From positions 1-41,321 of IMG/VR virus record IMGVR_UViG_3300009149_000092: 41,321 nt of DNA. One strand, written 5' to 3'. This DNA comes from a virus. Its lineage: Duplodnaviria > Caudoviricetes. Shown here one piece after another: positions 8,572 through 18,068 of the stretch (positions are counted from its first letter, which is position 1; the number at the start of each line of letters is the position of its first letter). A model generated the notes under the pieces. That model was given only the letters and a program-made list of their open reading frames with translations. It did no database searches and had not been told where the DNA came from. The position numbers and the translations under genes were made by a program.

Positions 8572-9375
8572 ATGAATACTACTCCTTATACTTACAAACT
8601 TGTTTTTAAACCTACTGGTCAATATTATTATGGTGTTAGATATGCTAACGGTTGTCATCCGAATGACTTGTGGGACAAATACTTCACATCCTCCCGTCAC
8701 GTCCACAACCTAATTAAAGAATATGGATTATCTTCATTTGAATATGGGGCGACTAAAACCTTTACTAATAAAAAGGACGCTATTAATTATGAGCATCAAG
8801 TATTATTACGAGTTAAAGCTGATGTAAATGGTAAATTTATTAATAAGACCATTTCAAAAGCAATACCGTCAATGGATGGTTTAATTATCATTAACCATAA
8901 AGAATCGAAATTACAAACATTTCACGACCCATCATTACCAATACCAGAGGGGTGGGTTAGAGGTCTAAAACAGTCCCATATAGACACCATGTCTAACTCT
9001 AGATGTGGTTTACCAGCCCATAATAAGGGTAAAAAAGGTAAATCTACTGGCGTATGCTCTGATGAAAGAAAATACAATATTAAAAAAGCTAGATTACTAA
9101 CCAAAAAAATTGACTGTGTATTTTGTGGTAGGCAATCTGACCCAGGAAACCATAAAAGATTTCACGGTGAAAATTGCAAACACAATCCTAATATTAACCA
9201 ACAAGTTATCAAAGAACGTAGTGAAATAGCTAAAAAATCATACATAAAGCAGATTAATAATGGCAATTTCAGTATTGTCAAACCACCAATTGGTGATTTT
9301 AAGTGTCCCAATTGCGATAAAAAAATCAACAATAAGGGTGCGATGACTAATCACATTAAATCTTGCCAAAACTAA
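8572..9375 (+). CDS. Seg-like GIY-YIG homing endonuclease, antisense, separating the two DUF2828 halves
   Basis: PYTYKL...YYYGVR...YFTSS N-terminal motif; AHNKG repeat; C-terminal Cys/His fingers. Confidence 0.8.
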   Translation: MNTTPYTYKLVFKPTGQYYYGVRYANGCHPNDLWDKYFTSSRHVHNLIKEYGLSSFEYGATKTFTNKKDAINYEHQVLLRVKADVNGKFINKTISKAIPSMDGLIIINHKESKLQTFHDPSLPIPEGWVRGLKQSHIDTMSNSRCGLPAHNKGKKGKSTGVCSDERKYNIKKARLLTKKIDCVFCGRQSDPGNHKRFHGENCKHNPNINQQVIKERSEIAKKSYIKQINNGNFSIVKPPIGDFKCPNCDKKINNKGAMTNHIKSCQN

Positions 9376-9850
9376 CTAAATAGTCTCGACATTCTTCATC
9401 GCTTAAGTCATCAATTTTATTTAAAATGGATTTAAACTTTTTTCCCTTGTGTAACGCTGAAGCAATCATTTCTGCTGCTGCCGCTTCCAATGGAGTATCG
9501 AACAACACGATAGTGTCATCCCATCGTCCGAATTCTGGAATCAAGTGAAGGTTCTTAGCTAGAACGGCTGTTCTATTTATTGCCAAGTATTTGAAGATAT
9601 CTCTGGATACTTTTCTTTCACCAGCACCACCACGCACGTCTCTAACCCAGAAAAGAATTTTCATGGCTGTTAGCGCATCCTCATCGAATGCCTTAACAAA
9701 TAGGTTAATAACTTCTTGTGTTGGTTGTGTTCTCATTGCACCTACTCGTGAGAATAGGTCTACACACATGTTAAGGGTCGTGGAATTTGTTGTCATTCCG
9801 TTTTCCGTTAACTTATCTTCTGTTCTTAATGCGTTGATTAATGTACTCAT
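9356..9850 (-). CDS. DUF2828-type protein, N-terminal fragment
   Basis: TENG...CVDLF...FWVRDVRGGAGER...IPEFGRWDD; TATCTTTG promoter element at 9889-9896. Confidence 0.85.
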   Translation of the reverse strand: MSTLINALRTEDKLTENGMTTNSTTLNMCVDLFSRVGAMRTQPTQEVINLFVKAFDEDALTAMKILFWVRDVRGGAGERKVSRDIFKYLAINRTAVLAKNLHLIPEFGRWDDTIVLFDTPLEAAAAEMIASALHKGKKFKSILNKIDDLSDEECRDYLVSFGKI

Positions 9851-9969
9851 ACTATAAAATTTAAATGTCTGTTATCACTTAAGGACTACAAAGATACTTT
9901 AATTTTTACGTTCTGTCAAGTAAAATACGAAAATAATTTGTAACTAGCTGATAATCAGGTGAATAAATT

Positions 9970-10206
9970 TTATTCTTCTTGGGTTACGGTAACGTTTATA
10001 CCACCTATTTCGATTTCTATCACCTCTTGGTGTTCGAAATCAGTTCCATTCGGATTGTGACGATAATATAGTTCCTCGTCTAGTTTGGTATGATTCAAAG
10101 ATGGGATTACGTATTGAATGGTTAGTCCGTCCTTAATTATCCCCTTGTTATTTACCATCTCAGAGACGGTTTGTATGATGTCTTCGTATGTTAGTGTATA
10201 GCTCAT
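9970..10206 (-). CDS. hypothetical protein
   Basis: 78-aa ORF in an operon. Confidence 0.7.
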   Translation of the reverse strand: MSYTLTYEDIIQTVSEMVNNKGIIKDGLTIQYVIPSLNHTKLDEELYYRHNPNGTDFEHQEVIEIEIGGINVTVTQEE

Positions 10207-10208
10207 GA

Positions 10209-10529
10209 TTAAAACTTGGCGAATAGACTAGCAAAGAACTTTTTAACTGGGTTCTCTTTAGGTTTCTCAACTCTTTTAACTCCAACACCTTTACTGTCCT
10301 TGATTACTTTACCTAGGTCACTTCTAATGTCTTTAATGAAGCGTTCCTTTTTTGTCTCGGTGTTCATTACGATAGCTTTGATATCATTCTTAACCGTATC
10401 AACGGTTTCTAGTTCGTTCTCTAACATATTAATATCATCCTCGTTTGTGAATGTCTTAATATAATTGTGGACCAGATTTGGTATTTCCTCTTGTCCTACT
10501 TCTATTACTTTTCCGAGTTCTTTTGACAT
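10209..10529 (-). CDS. hypothetical protein
   Basis: 106-aa ORF; its start overlaps the end of the NUDIX relic. Confidence 0.7.
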   Translation of the reverse strand: MSKELGKVIEVGQEEIPNLVHNYIKTFTNEDDINMLENELETVDTVKNDIKAIVMNTETKKERFIKDIRSDLGKVIKDSKGVGVKRVEKPKENPVKKFFASLFAKF

Positions 10530-10651
10530 AATTTTTCTATTTTATCTTTGGTTTTAGGGAATAAAGGTGACGGTAAATCATCTTGTGAGTACCAGCCGTA
10601 GTTCTTATTCTCCTCATCCAATTTAGGGATAAATTCTGACTTTGTAAAGCC
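10505..10651 (-). pseudogene. orphan duplicate C-terminus of the NUDIX gene
   Basis: GFTKSEFIPKLDEENKNYGWYSQDDLPSPLFPKTKDKIEKL vs GRSKNEFTPTLDEENEDYGWFSIGELPSPLYPKTNEKIMKL. Confidence 0.93.
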
Positions 10652-11451
10652 TAATTACCACTTTTAACAAACCTATTATTATAACCGCATAGTGGTTGAA
10701 GATTGGTGAAATGATTTAACTTGATTAATTCACTCTCATTTAATGCCGAACTGGTAGGTATAATATGGTCAACATCCCACGTCTTATTCGATTCATATAT
10801 ACCGTCTTTAGGGTTACCATAATTATCCCAATTCATCCATGGCTCCCATAATGATTCTAGATGAGTTCTAAACTCTTCAAATGAACAACCTAGTATATCT
10901 ACAGTCTTATTTTTCTTGGTGAATCCAGCAGATATTATCCCATATCGTATTAGTCCACTTATATTGCCCCGAATCTTAAATAGTGAATCGGATTTCCTTC
11001 TATTGTTTTGATATTTATTTCTACGCAGCTTGACCGCTTCTTTATTATTTTGTCGATATATTTTAATATTCTCCTTAAACATATCTTTATTATTCTCATA
11101 ATACTCCCTACTCTTTTCCTTAATTATAGCTTTATTCTCTTTATTATAGTCAACCCTCCATTTTTTAATTCTATCCTTATTCTTAAGATTATACTGAGCC
11201 AGTTTCTCTTTATTGTTCTCACTATAACGCTTACTAATTTCTTTAATTTTATTCTTATTATTTTTACGATATGTCTTATTACGCAGTAAGATGGTAGACT
11301 TGTTAGCCTCGTATCTTTTTCTATTAATCTCCTTTAAACAACCTTTACAATAATTGGTCAGACCAGTCTTACGAGCCTTATCTTTATTAAATTCACACAC
11401 CAATTTAATATTATTACATTTACTACAATTTTTTTCTAATATCAGCATCAT
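10651..11451 (-). CDS. HNH homing endonuclease (WDNYG...WDVDHIIP family)
   Basis: N-terminal CxxC ribbon, K/E/Y-rich helical repeats, ILGCSF...WDVDHIIP...LNHFTNLQPLC. Confidence 0.88.
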   Translation of the reverse strand: MMLILEKNCSKCNNIKLVCEFNKDKARKTGLTNYCKGCLKEINRKRYEANKSTILLRNKTYRKNNKNKIKEISKRYSENNKEKLAQYNLKNKDRIKKWRVDYNKENKAIIKEKSREYYENNKDMFKENIKIYRQNNKEAVKLRRNKYQNNRRKSDSLFKIRGNISGLIRYGIISAGFTKKNKTVDILGCSFEEFRTHLESLWEPWMNWDNYGNPKDGIYESNKTWDVDHIIPTSSALNESELIKLNHFTNLQPLCGYNNRFVKSGN

Positions 11452-11885
11452 TCTTTAACGTTAAGTAACTTCATTATTTTTTCGTTGGTCTTTGGATATA
11501 ATGGGGAAGGTAGCTCTCCAATAGAAAACCACCCATAGTCTTCATTTTCTTCATCCAACGTGGGAGTGAATTCATTTTTACTCCTACCTTCGTAATAATG
11601 AAATGTGGTACCATCAGAATTTCTTTCTGTAGTGACGAATTCTAACCTTAATTTTGCATCAACATCGATGCTGATTTCTTCCATTATCTCTCGTTTGAGT
11701 GTTTCGAGTTTATCCTCACCTTCTTCCATTCCACCACTAAGAATTGACCACTCACCTTTATGTGGTGCCCACCCTCTAAGTAATAGAAGGACCTTATTGG
11801 TGTCCTCAGCTACGATGCAAACACCGACAGCTTTCTTATGGTCACCTTCCAGCAGTCTGTGTCTTAAATTTTCTCTGATATTCAT
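11448..11885 (-). CDS. NUDIX hydrolase
   Basis: Nudix box GGMEEGEDKLETLKREIMEEISI. Confidence 0.9.
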   Translation of the reverse strand: MNIRENLRHRLLEGDHKKAVGVCIVAEDTNKVLLLLRGWAPHKGEWSILSGGMEEGEDKLETLKREIMEEISIDVDAKLRLEFVTTERNSDGTTFHYYEGRSKNEFTPTLDEENEDYGWFSIGELPSPLYPKTNEKIMKLLNVKE

Positions 11886-11940
11886 CTTCTCTTTACTTAT
11901 TCGTCTATTATAAATATATTACAACCAAATAAAGAACAAA

Positions 11941-12276
11941 ATGAGCATATTTACTACATTATTCGTATTCATGTTTCTAGCATATGGCTGGACTAACATC
12001 ATGGTATTCGGGTCCATCTTTGATGGGTGGCGGGAATTCTGGAAAAGAATCAGCCCTAATTTCTTTGGTAAATTGTTTACCTGTCCTATGTGTCTAGGTA
12101 CTTGGGTTGGTATTTTCCTATCTAGTACCTTCCATTATTTTGGTTGGCATACTCCAATGGAGATGTTCGGAATCGACATCTTATTCGCAGCTATATTCCT
12201 TGATGGAATCGTAACCTCTGGATGTGTATGGTTTATTCATAATTTAGAAGAGATGTTTGAACGATTAGGGTCATAG
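11941..12276 (+). CDS. membrane protein with CPMC motif (DUF1360-like)
   Basis: Three hydrophobic segments, GKLFTCPMCLGTWVG. Confidence 0.75.
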   Translation: MSIFTTLFVFMFLAYGWTNIMVFGSIFDGWREFWKRISPNFFGKLFTCPMCLGTWVGIFLSSTFHYFGWHTPMEMFGIDILFAAIFLDGIVTSGCVWFIHNLEEMFERLGS

Positions 12277-12579
12277 AGATAGTAGCGAATTAACATCCTC
12301 AACATCATTAATAATTATTAGTGTAATGTCGTTATTGTGACAATAACTTTTCTTAATCTCATCTTTCTTCTTCTGCAATTTAAAAGTAGTGTCACCACCG
12401 AAAATGTCTACTGGTTCGTAATGTTGCCTACCATTATACTCTACACATATGTTATATTCTGACAAATAAAAGTCAAATGGTAGCGGTCTAATATTTCTAC
12501 AATCTTTAAATTTATGTTGTGGTATGTATTCGATATCATTATCGATTAAAAATTCTCTTATCGCCCGTTCACCTTTAGA
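12271..12579 (-). pseudogene. 5'-truncated Vsr/DUF559-like PD-(D/E)XK endonuclease
   Basis: Frame extends upstream of the listed ORF: SKGERAIREFLIDNDIEYIPQHKFKDCRNIRPLPFDFYLSEYNICVEYNGRQHY; no start codon. Confidence 0.75.
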
Positions 12580-12584
12580 AAAGA

Positions 12585-12638
12585 TGTGTGTGGTTAATTC
12601 ATACCGTTCAAGAATGGTTTGAATATAGACCAGAGTAA
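12585..12638 (+). pseudogene. orphan duplicate C-terminus of membrane gene 11941..12276
   Basis: CVWLIHTVQEWFEYRPE* vs CVWFIHNLEEMFERLGS*. Confidence 0.85.
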
Positions 12639-12641
12639 TGA

Positions 12642-13232
12642 TTAGTAATCAGTACATTCAGGACAGTTTTGTCCGTCTCCACAATTACATGACGGGGTTG
12701 AGAACTCCTCCAATGTTGGAGCCACTGGCTTTTTTGGTGGCAGCTCTACTTTAGGTATCTCCAGTTCTTCTTTAGGTTCTTCAGCTATTGGCTCTTTATC
12801 CTCTAGTTTATCATCTTTAGGTGTAAGCTCCAATTCAAGTTCCAATTCGTCTTCTAATTCGTCTTCTAATTCGTCTTCTACAAATCCAAAATATAAGTCC
12901 TCTAACCTTTGTAATGTGTTACTATTAAAGACTTCCTTTAGTTCTTCAACCTTAGACTTAAGCAATGCTGTCTTATGCTCCCTCTCTTTATTAATTTTAA
13001 TTGTTTGACCAACGTACTCTAATACGTCATCGATTGATACGTCATCTAATTCGCTGTATATAATACATTCAGTTATCAAGTTACTCTCACCTTCAACCAC
13101 CTTAACGGCAATCTTATCATGCTCCTGTATTCCCCATGATTTAGGGAAGGCAGTTTCAACGATAGGAATTTTACCGTATCGTATTGTGGTGACATAAGGA
13201 CTTAAGTCGTCCAATTTTTCTTGTACTGTCAT
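12642..13232 (-). CDS. hypothetical protein with acidic EDEL repeat and C-terminal Cys cluster
   Basis: 196-aa ORF; 12-bp repeat x3 at 12844-12879. Confidence 0.75.
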   Translation of the reverse strand: MTVQEKLDDLSPYVTTIRYGKIPIVETAFPKSWGIQEHDKIAVKVVEGESNLITECIIYSELDDVSIDDVLEYVGQTIKINKEREHKTALLKSKVEELKEVFNSNTLQRLEDLYFGFVEDELEDELEDELELELELTPKDDKLEDKEPIAEEPKEELEIPKVELPPKKPVAPTLEEFSTPSCNCGDGQNCPECTDY

Positions 13233-13242
13233 TTGATTTGCT

Positions 13243-13461
13243 TTATATAACTATTCCACTAAATATTGACATTAATACGAACGCAACGGACGTACCTAAT
13301 ATTAATAATCCACTGGTTGATAACAAGTATTTAACGGACTCGTTTTCCGTGCTGGCAAAGAATGTTTTTGCTAGGTTGAATATGTGTCTAAAAATGTTTA
13401 GGCATGCCATAAAAAATACGAATAAAAATACCTTATTCAGTATCGCTAGTAATATTATCAT
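13243..13461 (-). CDS. small membrane protein
   Basis: Two hydrophobic segments. Confidence 0.55.
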   Translation of the reverse strand: MIILLAILNKVFLFVFFMACLNIFRHIFNLAKTFFASTENESVKYLLSTSGLLILGTSVAFVLMSIFSGIVI

Positions 13462-13705
13462 CTATATCTTGTTTTAATTTTTCGTTTAATGTTATTTCTG
13501 GTACTACCTCTGGCTTTATTTCTGGCTTTATTTCTTGCCACTTAATTATTTTAGAGTCTACCAAAACTAACTTATCTAGAAGTGCGCTGACCTCAACCAT
13601 TTTTGCAGTCGCATCAGTGTCACTATTCATCGACCTCTCTAGGTCGGATTCGACTTTACTCTTTTCATGGATTAATCCAGTGAATATTGTGTTCCAAATT
13701 CTCAT
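13433..13705 (-). CDS. hypothetical protein
   Basis: 90-aa ORF directly after a TATCTTTA promoter-like element. Confidence 0.7.
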   Translation of the reverse strand: MRIWNTIFTGLIHEKSKVESDLERSMNSDTDATAKMVEVSALLDKLVLVDSKIIKWQEIKPEIKPEVVPEITLNEKLKQDIDDNITSDTE

Positions 13706-13736
13706 AAGCTAAAGATACGAATTTCTAAACCATTTA

Positions 13737-14195
13737 TCAAGGCTTACTCTTAACTGATTTATCAAACAGTTTGTAAACCTCTAAGAATCCATCAATATCA
13801 GCTCTAGTCTTCTCCCCCATATAATCGAATAGTTGGTACCATAGGTCTCTAGTCTTACCAACGGCAGTAGAGTCTGGACTCTTATCTAACGCATTATAGT
13901 AGAATTCTATCATGAAATCTTGGAAATAGGCTCTAACATTATGTAGTTTGCCTAGATTTATCCCTTCTTCTTTGAAATTGTTCACTACTTTGTCCCAACA
14001 CCAATTAAAATGGTGTAGCTGTTCCAAGTCACTGGTCACTTCATCACCCATATATGTCGATAACGACATATTTATGAACGAGTTAACGAAGTCACCGTAT
14101 AATACAACTTTCTCGTACTCTACATTATTACTATTGTATAGTATCTCAATACTTTGCCTAGTGATAGGCGTTCTGATGTGTTTTAATAATCCCAT
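13737..14195 (-). CDS. hypothetical protein
   Basis: 152-aa ORF. Confidence 0.75.
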   Translation of the reverse strand: MGLLKHIRTPITRQSIEILYNSNNVEYEKVVLYGDFVNSFINMSLSTYMGDEVTSDLEQLHHFNWCWDKVVNNFKEEGINLGKLHNVRAYFQDFMIEFYYNALDKSPDSTAVGKTRDLWYQLFDYMGEKTRADIDGFLEVYKLFDKSVKSKP

Positions 14196-14245
14196 TGGTA
14201 TATGTAAATAATAACCAATCTAGGTTTAAAGTGAATAGTTCAATG

Positions 14246-14962
14246 TTACAAATTACGTAACATCGTTACTAGGTTCTTCTGTGGAGAACAATCTGTATCA
14301 AATTTATCCAAATTATTTAATACCAATTCCTCAGTATATAATCTATCATCACATACTGAAATTGACCAACCTTTACATTTATACGATTCTCTTTTAATGG
14401 CCGATTCGATTGATTGATATTTGGCACCTATCTCTTTTGCCGCATGCGCATAACTCATACACCTAATAGTGGTATCATCTTTTGTTATTATCAGTTCTTT
14501 CCTTAGTGGTGCGTTAATACGTCTGAGGATACCCTCTTTTTTAGTGGTATTACACCACCTATTTGCTTGCATTTTATCTATCAACCATTTAGGTCGCTTC
14601 TTACCAAACATAGGATTATTCTTACCCTTAGTGGCTTTAGATATTTTAGACAGGGTTTCTTTTGTATGTCTCTTGCCCGTCATTGGTGCCTGAGCATCAG
14701 TAGCAATGTTGAATAAATTTTCGTTGTTATCTATGTGGTATTGTTCTCGCCCTAATATCATATCATCTTCACATTCCTCTAAAATATTCATCGTTAAAGT
14801 ATCGACACCATATTTATCCACAAATCTCTGTAAATGATTATTATGATGATTACCATTATTCAAGTCTCTAAAATGTTCTTTTTCTCTATGGTTAAAATTA
14901 ATAGAGCTACCAACATAAGTTCTAGAATCTAAAGAGTTAATTATCTCATATACAACACCCAT
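14246..14962 (-). CDS. GIY-YIG homing endonuclease (I-TevI-like) whose last ~17-20 aa duplicate the amidase C-terminus
   Basis: GVVYEI...YVGSS...REKEH...HNNHLQR; tail TDCSPQKNLVTMLRNL vs amidase TDCYPDNRLVTMLKSL. Confidence 0.9.
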   Translation of the reverse strand: MGVVYEIINSLDSRTYVGSSINFNHREKEHFRDLNNGNHHNNHLQRFVDKYGVDTLTMNILEECEDDMILGREQYHIDNNENLFNIATDAQAPMTGKRHTKETLSKISKATKGKNNPMFGKKRPKWLIDKMQANRWCNTTKKEGILRRINAPLRKELIITKDDTTIRCMSYAHAAKEIGAKYQSIESAIKRESYKCKGWSISVCDDRLYTEELVLNNLDKFDTDCSPQKNLVTMLRNL

Positions 14963-15903
14963 TACAATGATTTTAACATAGTGACCAACCTGTTATCAGG
15001 ATAACAATCTGTCTTGTCTCGTCTAACATTTGTATGTGTAAGAATACCTTTAATCTTACCATCATAAGCCGCTTTGTTGAATCCGAAAGCCGCGAATGTG
15101 TCCATATTCATTAACATCTCAGGTAACCCTAAACAAATGTCTACTTTTGGATGTCTACGTGCTATCTCGTGAATTAACAACTTTAGTGATTGGACTTGAG
15201 CATCTGTATACTTGTGATAATAGTAGTATCCGTTAAACTTTTTAGGAAGTCTAGCTACTTGTTCTTTAGGAACCTTAATATCAACGTAATTAAAATAATC
15301 GTCACCATCTTTATATAAATAGCCCCAATTGTTCAGTTCGATACCGATTGAATGGGTGTGCATGTGATGACTACCTGTTTTACCTAGGTGCCATGCGAAA
15401 TATTCGTCAGGAAAACATTCTACAACCGTTCCATCGTGTTCAGTATTACCATTAAGTGACATACCACCAATAATATATTGTGTGGCAATTCTACCTCTAG
15501 TATCTAAGTTCCAATTCTTGGCTGTTTTGTATGGATTAGCTCTACCCGCTGTATGGTGAATGAATATAGTATCCTTATCTGTCGTACCACGGTCCGTAAC
15601 GTACTCATCGGTGTCCATATACACTTTATCTATTAAAAGTCCGTCTACGGTCGTATATGAGCCTCTACGGTCAAGAATACCATCATTATCAATGAAGGTT
15701 CCATCAGATATATCACTAGTAAAGGATATTAGAGCCGCATAAGTGTTATCACCTACCTCTCCATCGGCCTTTAGTCCTCTACTTTGTTGGAATTTCTTTA
15801 CTGCGGCTTCAGTGCCTCCACCAAAATCTCCATCAGCTTTAATCCCCAATAATCGTTGAATCTCCTTTACGGATGCTCCTTTATCTCCTATTTTTACCCA
15901 CAT
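14962..15903 (-). CDS. endolysin: peptidoglycan-binding domain + N-acetylmuramoyl-L-alanine amidase (Amidase_2)
   Basis: DGDFGGGTEAAVKKFQ...DGEVG (PG_binding_1); IFIHHTAG, AWH, SIGIEL, HTNVRRDKTDC. Confidence 0.9.
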   Translation of the reverse strand: MWVKIGDKGASVKEIQRLLGIKADGDFGGGTEAAVKKFQQSRGLKADGEVGDNTYAALISFTSDISDGTFIDNDGILDRRGSYTTVDGLLIDKVYMDTDEYVTDRGTTDKDTIFIHHTAGRANPYKTAKNWNLDTRGRIATQYIIGGMSLNGNTEHDGTVVECFPDEYFAWHLGKTGSHHMHTHSIGIELNNWGYLYKDGDDYFNYVDIKVPKEQVARLPKKFNGYYYYHKYTDAQVQSLKLLIHEIARRHPKVDICLGLPEMLMNMDTFAAFGFNKAAYDGKIKGILTHTNVRRDKTDCYPDNRLVTMLKSL

Positions 15904-15910
15904 AATTTAA

Positions 15911-16198
15911 TTATTTAACACATGAACAAACGACTTCTACATCGTGACCATTTCCCGTACTGGTTTCATGGCTACCTTCACCACCACAATGTTCGCAATC
16001 AGGGTCAGCCTTACTATTTGTTGTATCAGCTTCTTCCATCATATCGTCACCGTTTACAAAGCCACTAGAGCCGTCTGCGAAACCTGGCGCATGTGCCATA
16101 CCTGAACCTTCTGGTAGTATACCTTTTGATTCAAGGTGACGATTTTCAGCTAACGTATTAGCTTTTTTCATATTCTTTACTTTGTCTCTTCTTCTCAT
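15911..16198 (-). CDS. hypothetical protein with C-terminal CxxCxGxG...CxC
   Basis: 95-aa ORF. Confidence 0.65.
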   Translation of the reverse strand: MRRRDKVKNMKKANTLAENRHLESKGILPEGSGMAHAPGFADGSSGFVNGDDMMEEADTTNSKADPDCEHCGGEGSHETSTGNGHDVEVVCSCVK

Positions 16199-16217
16199 TT
16201 GATTATTTGTTTAAAAA

Positions 16218-18020
16218 TTATATTTGCTTGAAGCTATTAGGTCGTACATCAAATCCTAACTCATCTTTAGCGATTTTAGCTAGATACATTGCAGTCTTAC
16301 GGTCTACTTGAACATTGGCACCGTGAAGGTCTCTTACAGATGGTTGATTTTGATTTATTACCACTTTTAGACCTATACCTTCTTGGTCTCTAGTTGTAAT
16401 TACGTTTATTGTATCTTGGGCAGCGTTGATTGTCTCAATCTCAGCTTGTTCCGTTCCGTTCAAACCGTCAGAAAAGGTTATCATATTACCAGCGTATAAT
16501 TTAGCTTTTTGTGATTGGGCTAGATTTGCTACTCGGTCTCCTTTACCATCTCCCCTAGTTCTACCAGCAACCATAGCTGAATCGTAAGCGGCAGGTGATA
16601 ATTCACCCATTCCTTGTGGTTGCTTTCCTTTTGGTCGGCTAAATCCGCCACCCATTGGTGTTTCAGCGAAACCAGCAGCGTGTGCTTTACCAGCTAATTC
16701 ATTAAGCATTGAGATTACATCGTCTTCAACAGATTCGTTGAAGCTGCCGTCTTTGCCGACATTCATGAATGGGTCTACACCATTATGACCATATTCATTT
16801 TCGTCTAGCCCTTCCTTATCAGCGTGTTCACCACAGTCAGAACATCGGTCACCCTGAACGAAAGAAGCACCACAACAGCCCGACTTAGCCCCTTCGGGTT
16901 GGTCGCTGTGATGGTACTCATCTTCTTTGTGTTCCTTATTCTTCCTATCGGAAGTCTCAGTTACGACTTTTTTTTTTTCGACTTCGGTGTCAGCAGTAAT
17001 TGGAGCAGCGTCATCGATATCTTCTTTTAGAAGACCGAATGCATCTCTTGTTCCTTCACTAATTAACTCCTCACCTTCTTCTTCGGATTCAGCAAGTATC
17101 TCTCTAGACTTATTAAGTAAGTCCAAGAAGCTACTATTCTCGCTCAATCGTTCAGCTCCAGTAGGTATTCCCAAGTCAGACTTGAATCCCATCAAGTGAG
17201 CCATGTGCTTCATATCAGATTCAACCAACGTTTTGTCAGATGCTATCAATACGATTGCCTCACCTTCATTAAGGTCACCTTCCCATCTAACTCTGTAATT
17301 TTCATTACCATCAGTGATTTCAAAGATTTTGTTATCTACTTTGTAGCTTTCTGGGATTAAATTCAATGCGTTATCAACGCCATCAAACTTGCTTTTGAAT
17401 CTCAATCTTTTCATTTTATTAGTTTCCATAATTGGTTGTTTAGTTTCTTTTTTTGATTCCACCGCAACAGATTTACTGTCGATGGATGGTTTAGTTGTAC
17501 TCTTAGTTCCTTTGATACCAACATTCTTTTCTTCAATGTCATCACCAAATTGGTCAAGAGCTGGAGTGGCAGCATCTCTTTTCTTTGCACTATCTTTAAT
17601 TTTCTTAATAAGGTTCTTACCGAAATCTGGGTCTCCGCCTTGGCCTTTAGCCACAACGTTAGCATAGTCAGGGCTATTACCCATCAATGCGTTACCTTCA
17701 ATCGACATGTTAGCTCTTTCTTTGAATCGCTTACTTGGTTCATTATCGTATCGAAGCATTTCTTGACCATTCATGATTTCCATTTCATCATGGTATTCTT
17801 TCTCACTTCCTTCATAATTAAACTTAGGTTCTTCAATTGAATCTTTAGCACCCTTAGTAGTATCCTTCTCGTACTCACCCATCTTCTTCTCCACTTCTTT
17901 ATAATACTTATCGTTCTCACTCTTTGACTTTGCCTGTACTTTATCAGTCACAGACGCACCTGGAACACTAGCCTCAGCTACTGTCTTTCTTAAACGATTT
18001 TTAATCAATTTTTTATCCAT
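16218..18020 (-). CDS. large acidic protein, putative virion/head-internal protein
   Basis: 600 aa, K/E rich, N-terminal LIKNRLRKTVAE; TATTTAT motif upstream. Confidence 0.7.
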   Translation of the reverse strand: MDKKLIKNRLRKTVAEASVPGASVTDKVQAKSKSENDKYYKEVEKKMGEYEKDTTKGAKDSIEEPKFNYEGSEKEYHDEMEIMNGQEMLRYDNEPSKRFKERANMSIEGNALMGNSPDYANVVAKGQGGDPDFGKNLIKKIKDSAKKRDAATPALDQFGDDIEEKNVGIKGTKSTTKPSIDSKSVAVESKKETKQPIMETNKMKRLRFKSKFDGVDNALNLIPESYKVDNKIFEITDGNENYRVRWEGDLNEGEAIVLIASDKTLVESDMKHMAHLMGFKSDLGIPTGAERLSENSSFLDLLNKSREILAESEEEGEELISEGTRDAFGLLKEDIDDAAPITADTEVEKKKVVTETSDRKNKEHKEDEYHHSDQPEGAKSGCCGASFVQGDRCSDCGEHADKEGLDENEYGHNGVDPFMNVGKDGSFNESVEDDVISMLNELAGKAHAAGFAETPMGGGFSRPKGKQPQGMGELSPAAYDSAMVAGRTRGDGKGDRVANLAQSQKAKLYAGNMITFSDGLNGTEQAEIETINAAQDTINVITTRDQEGIGLKVVINQNQPSVRDLHGANVQVDRKTAMYLAKIAKDELGFDVRPNSFKQI

Positions 18021-18068
18021 TATAGAATGCTTTACATATAAATATCGACATATCCCTTAAAGTTAGTC

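Noticed and set aside
8515-8706. 63-aa minus-strand ORF as a middle exon of DUF2828
   Set aside because: Mostly antisense to the nuclease; only the KWMPR pentapeptide matches, and it is reported separately.
8512-9375. Group I intron explanation for the split DUF2828, sbcD and sbcC genes
   Set aside because: The intervening DNA is almost entirely ORF with spacers of 65 nt or less, I recognised no P7-type core, one nuclease is antisense, and the halves have their own stops and starts. Not formally excluded without RT-PCR.
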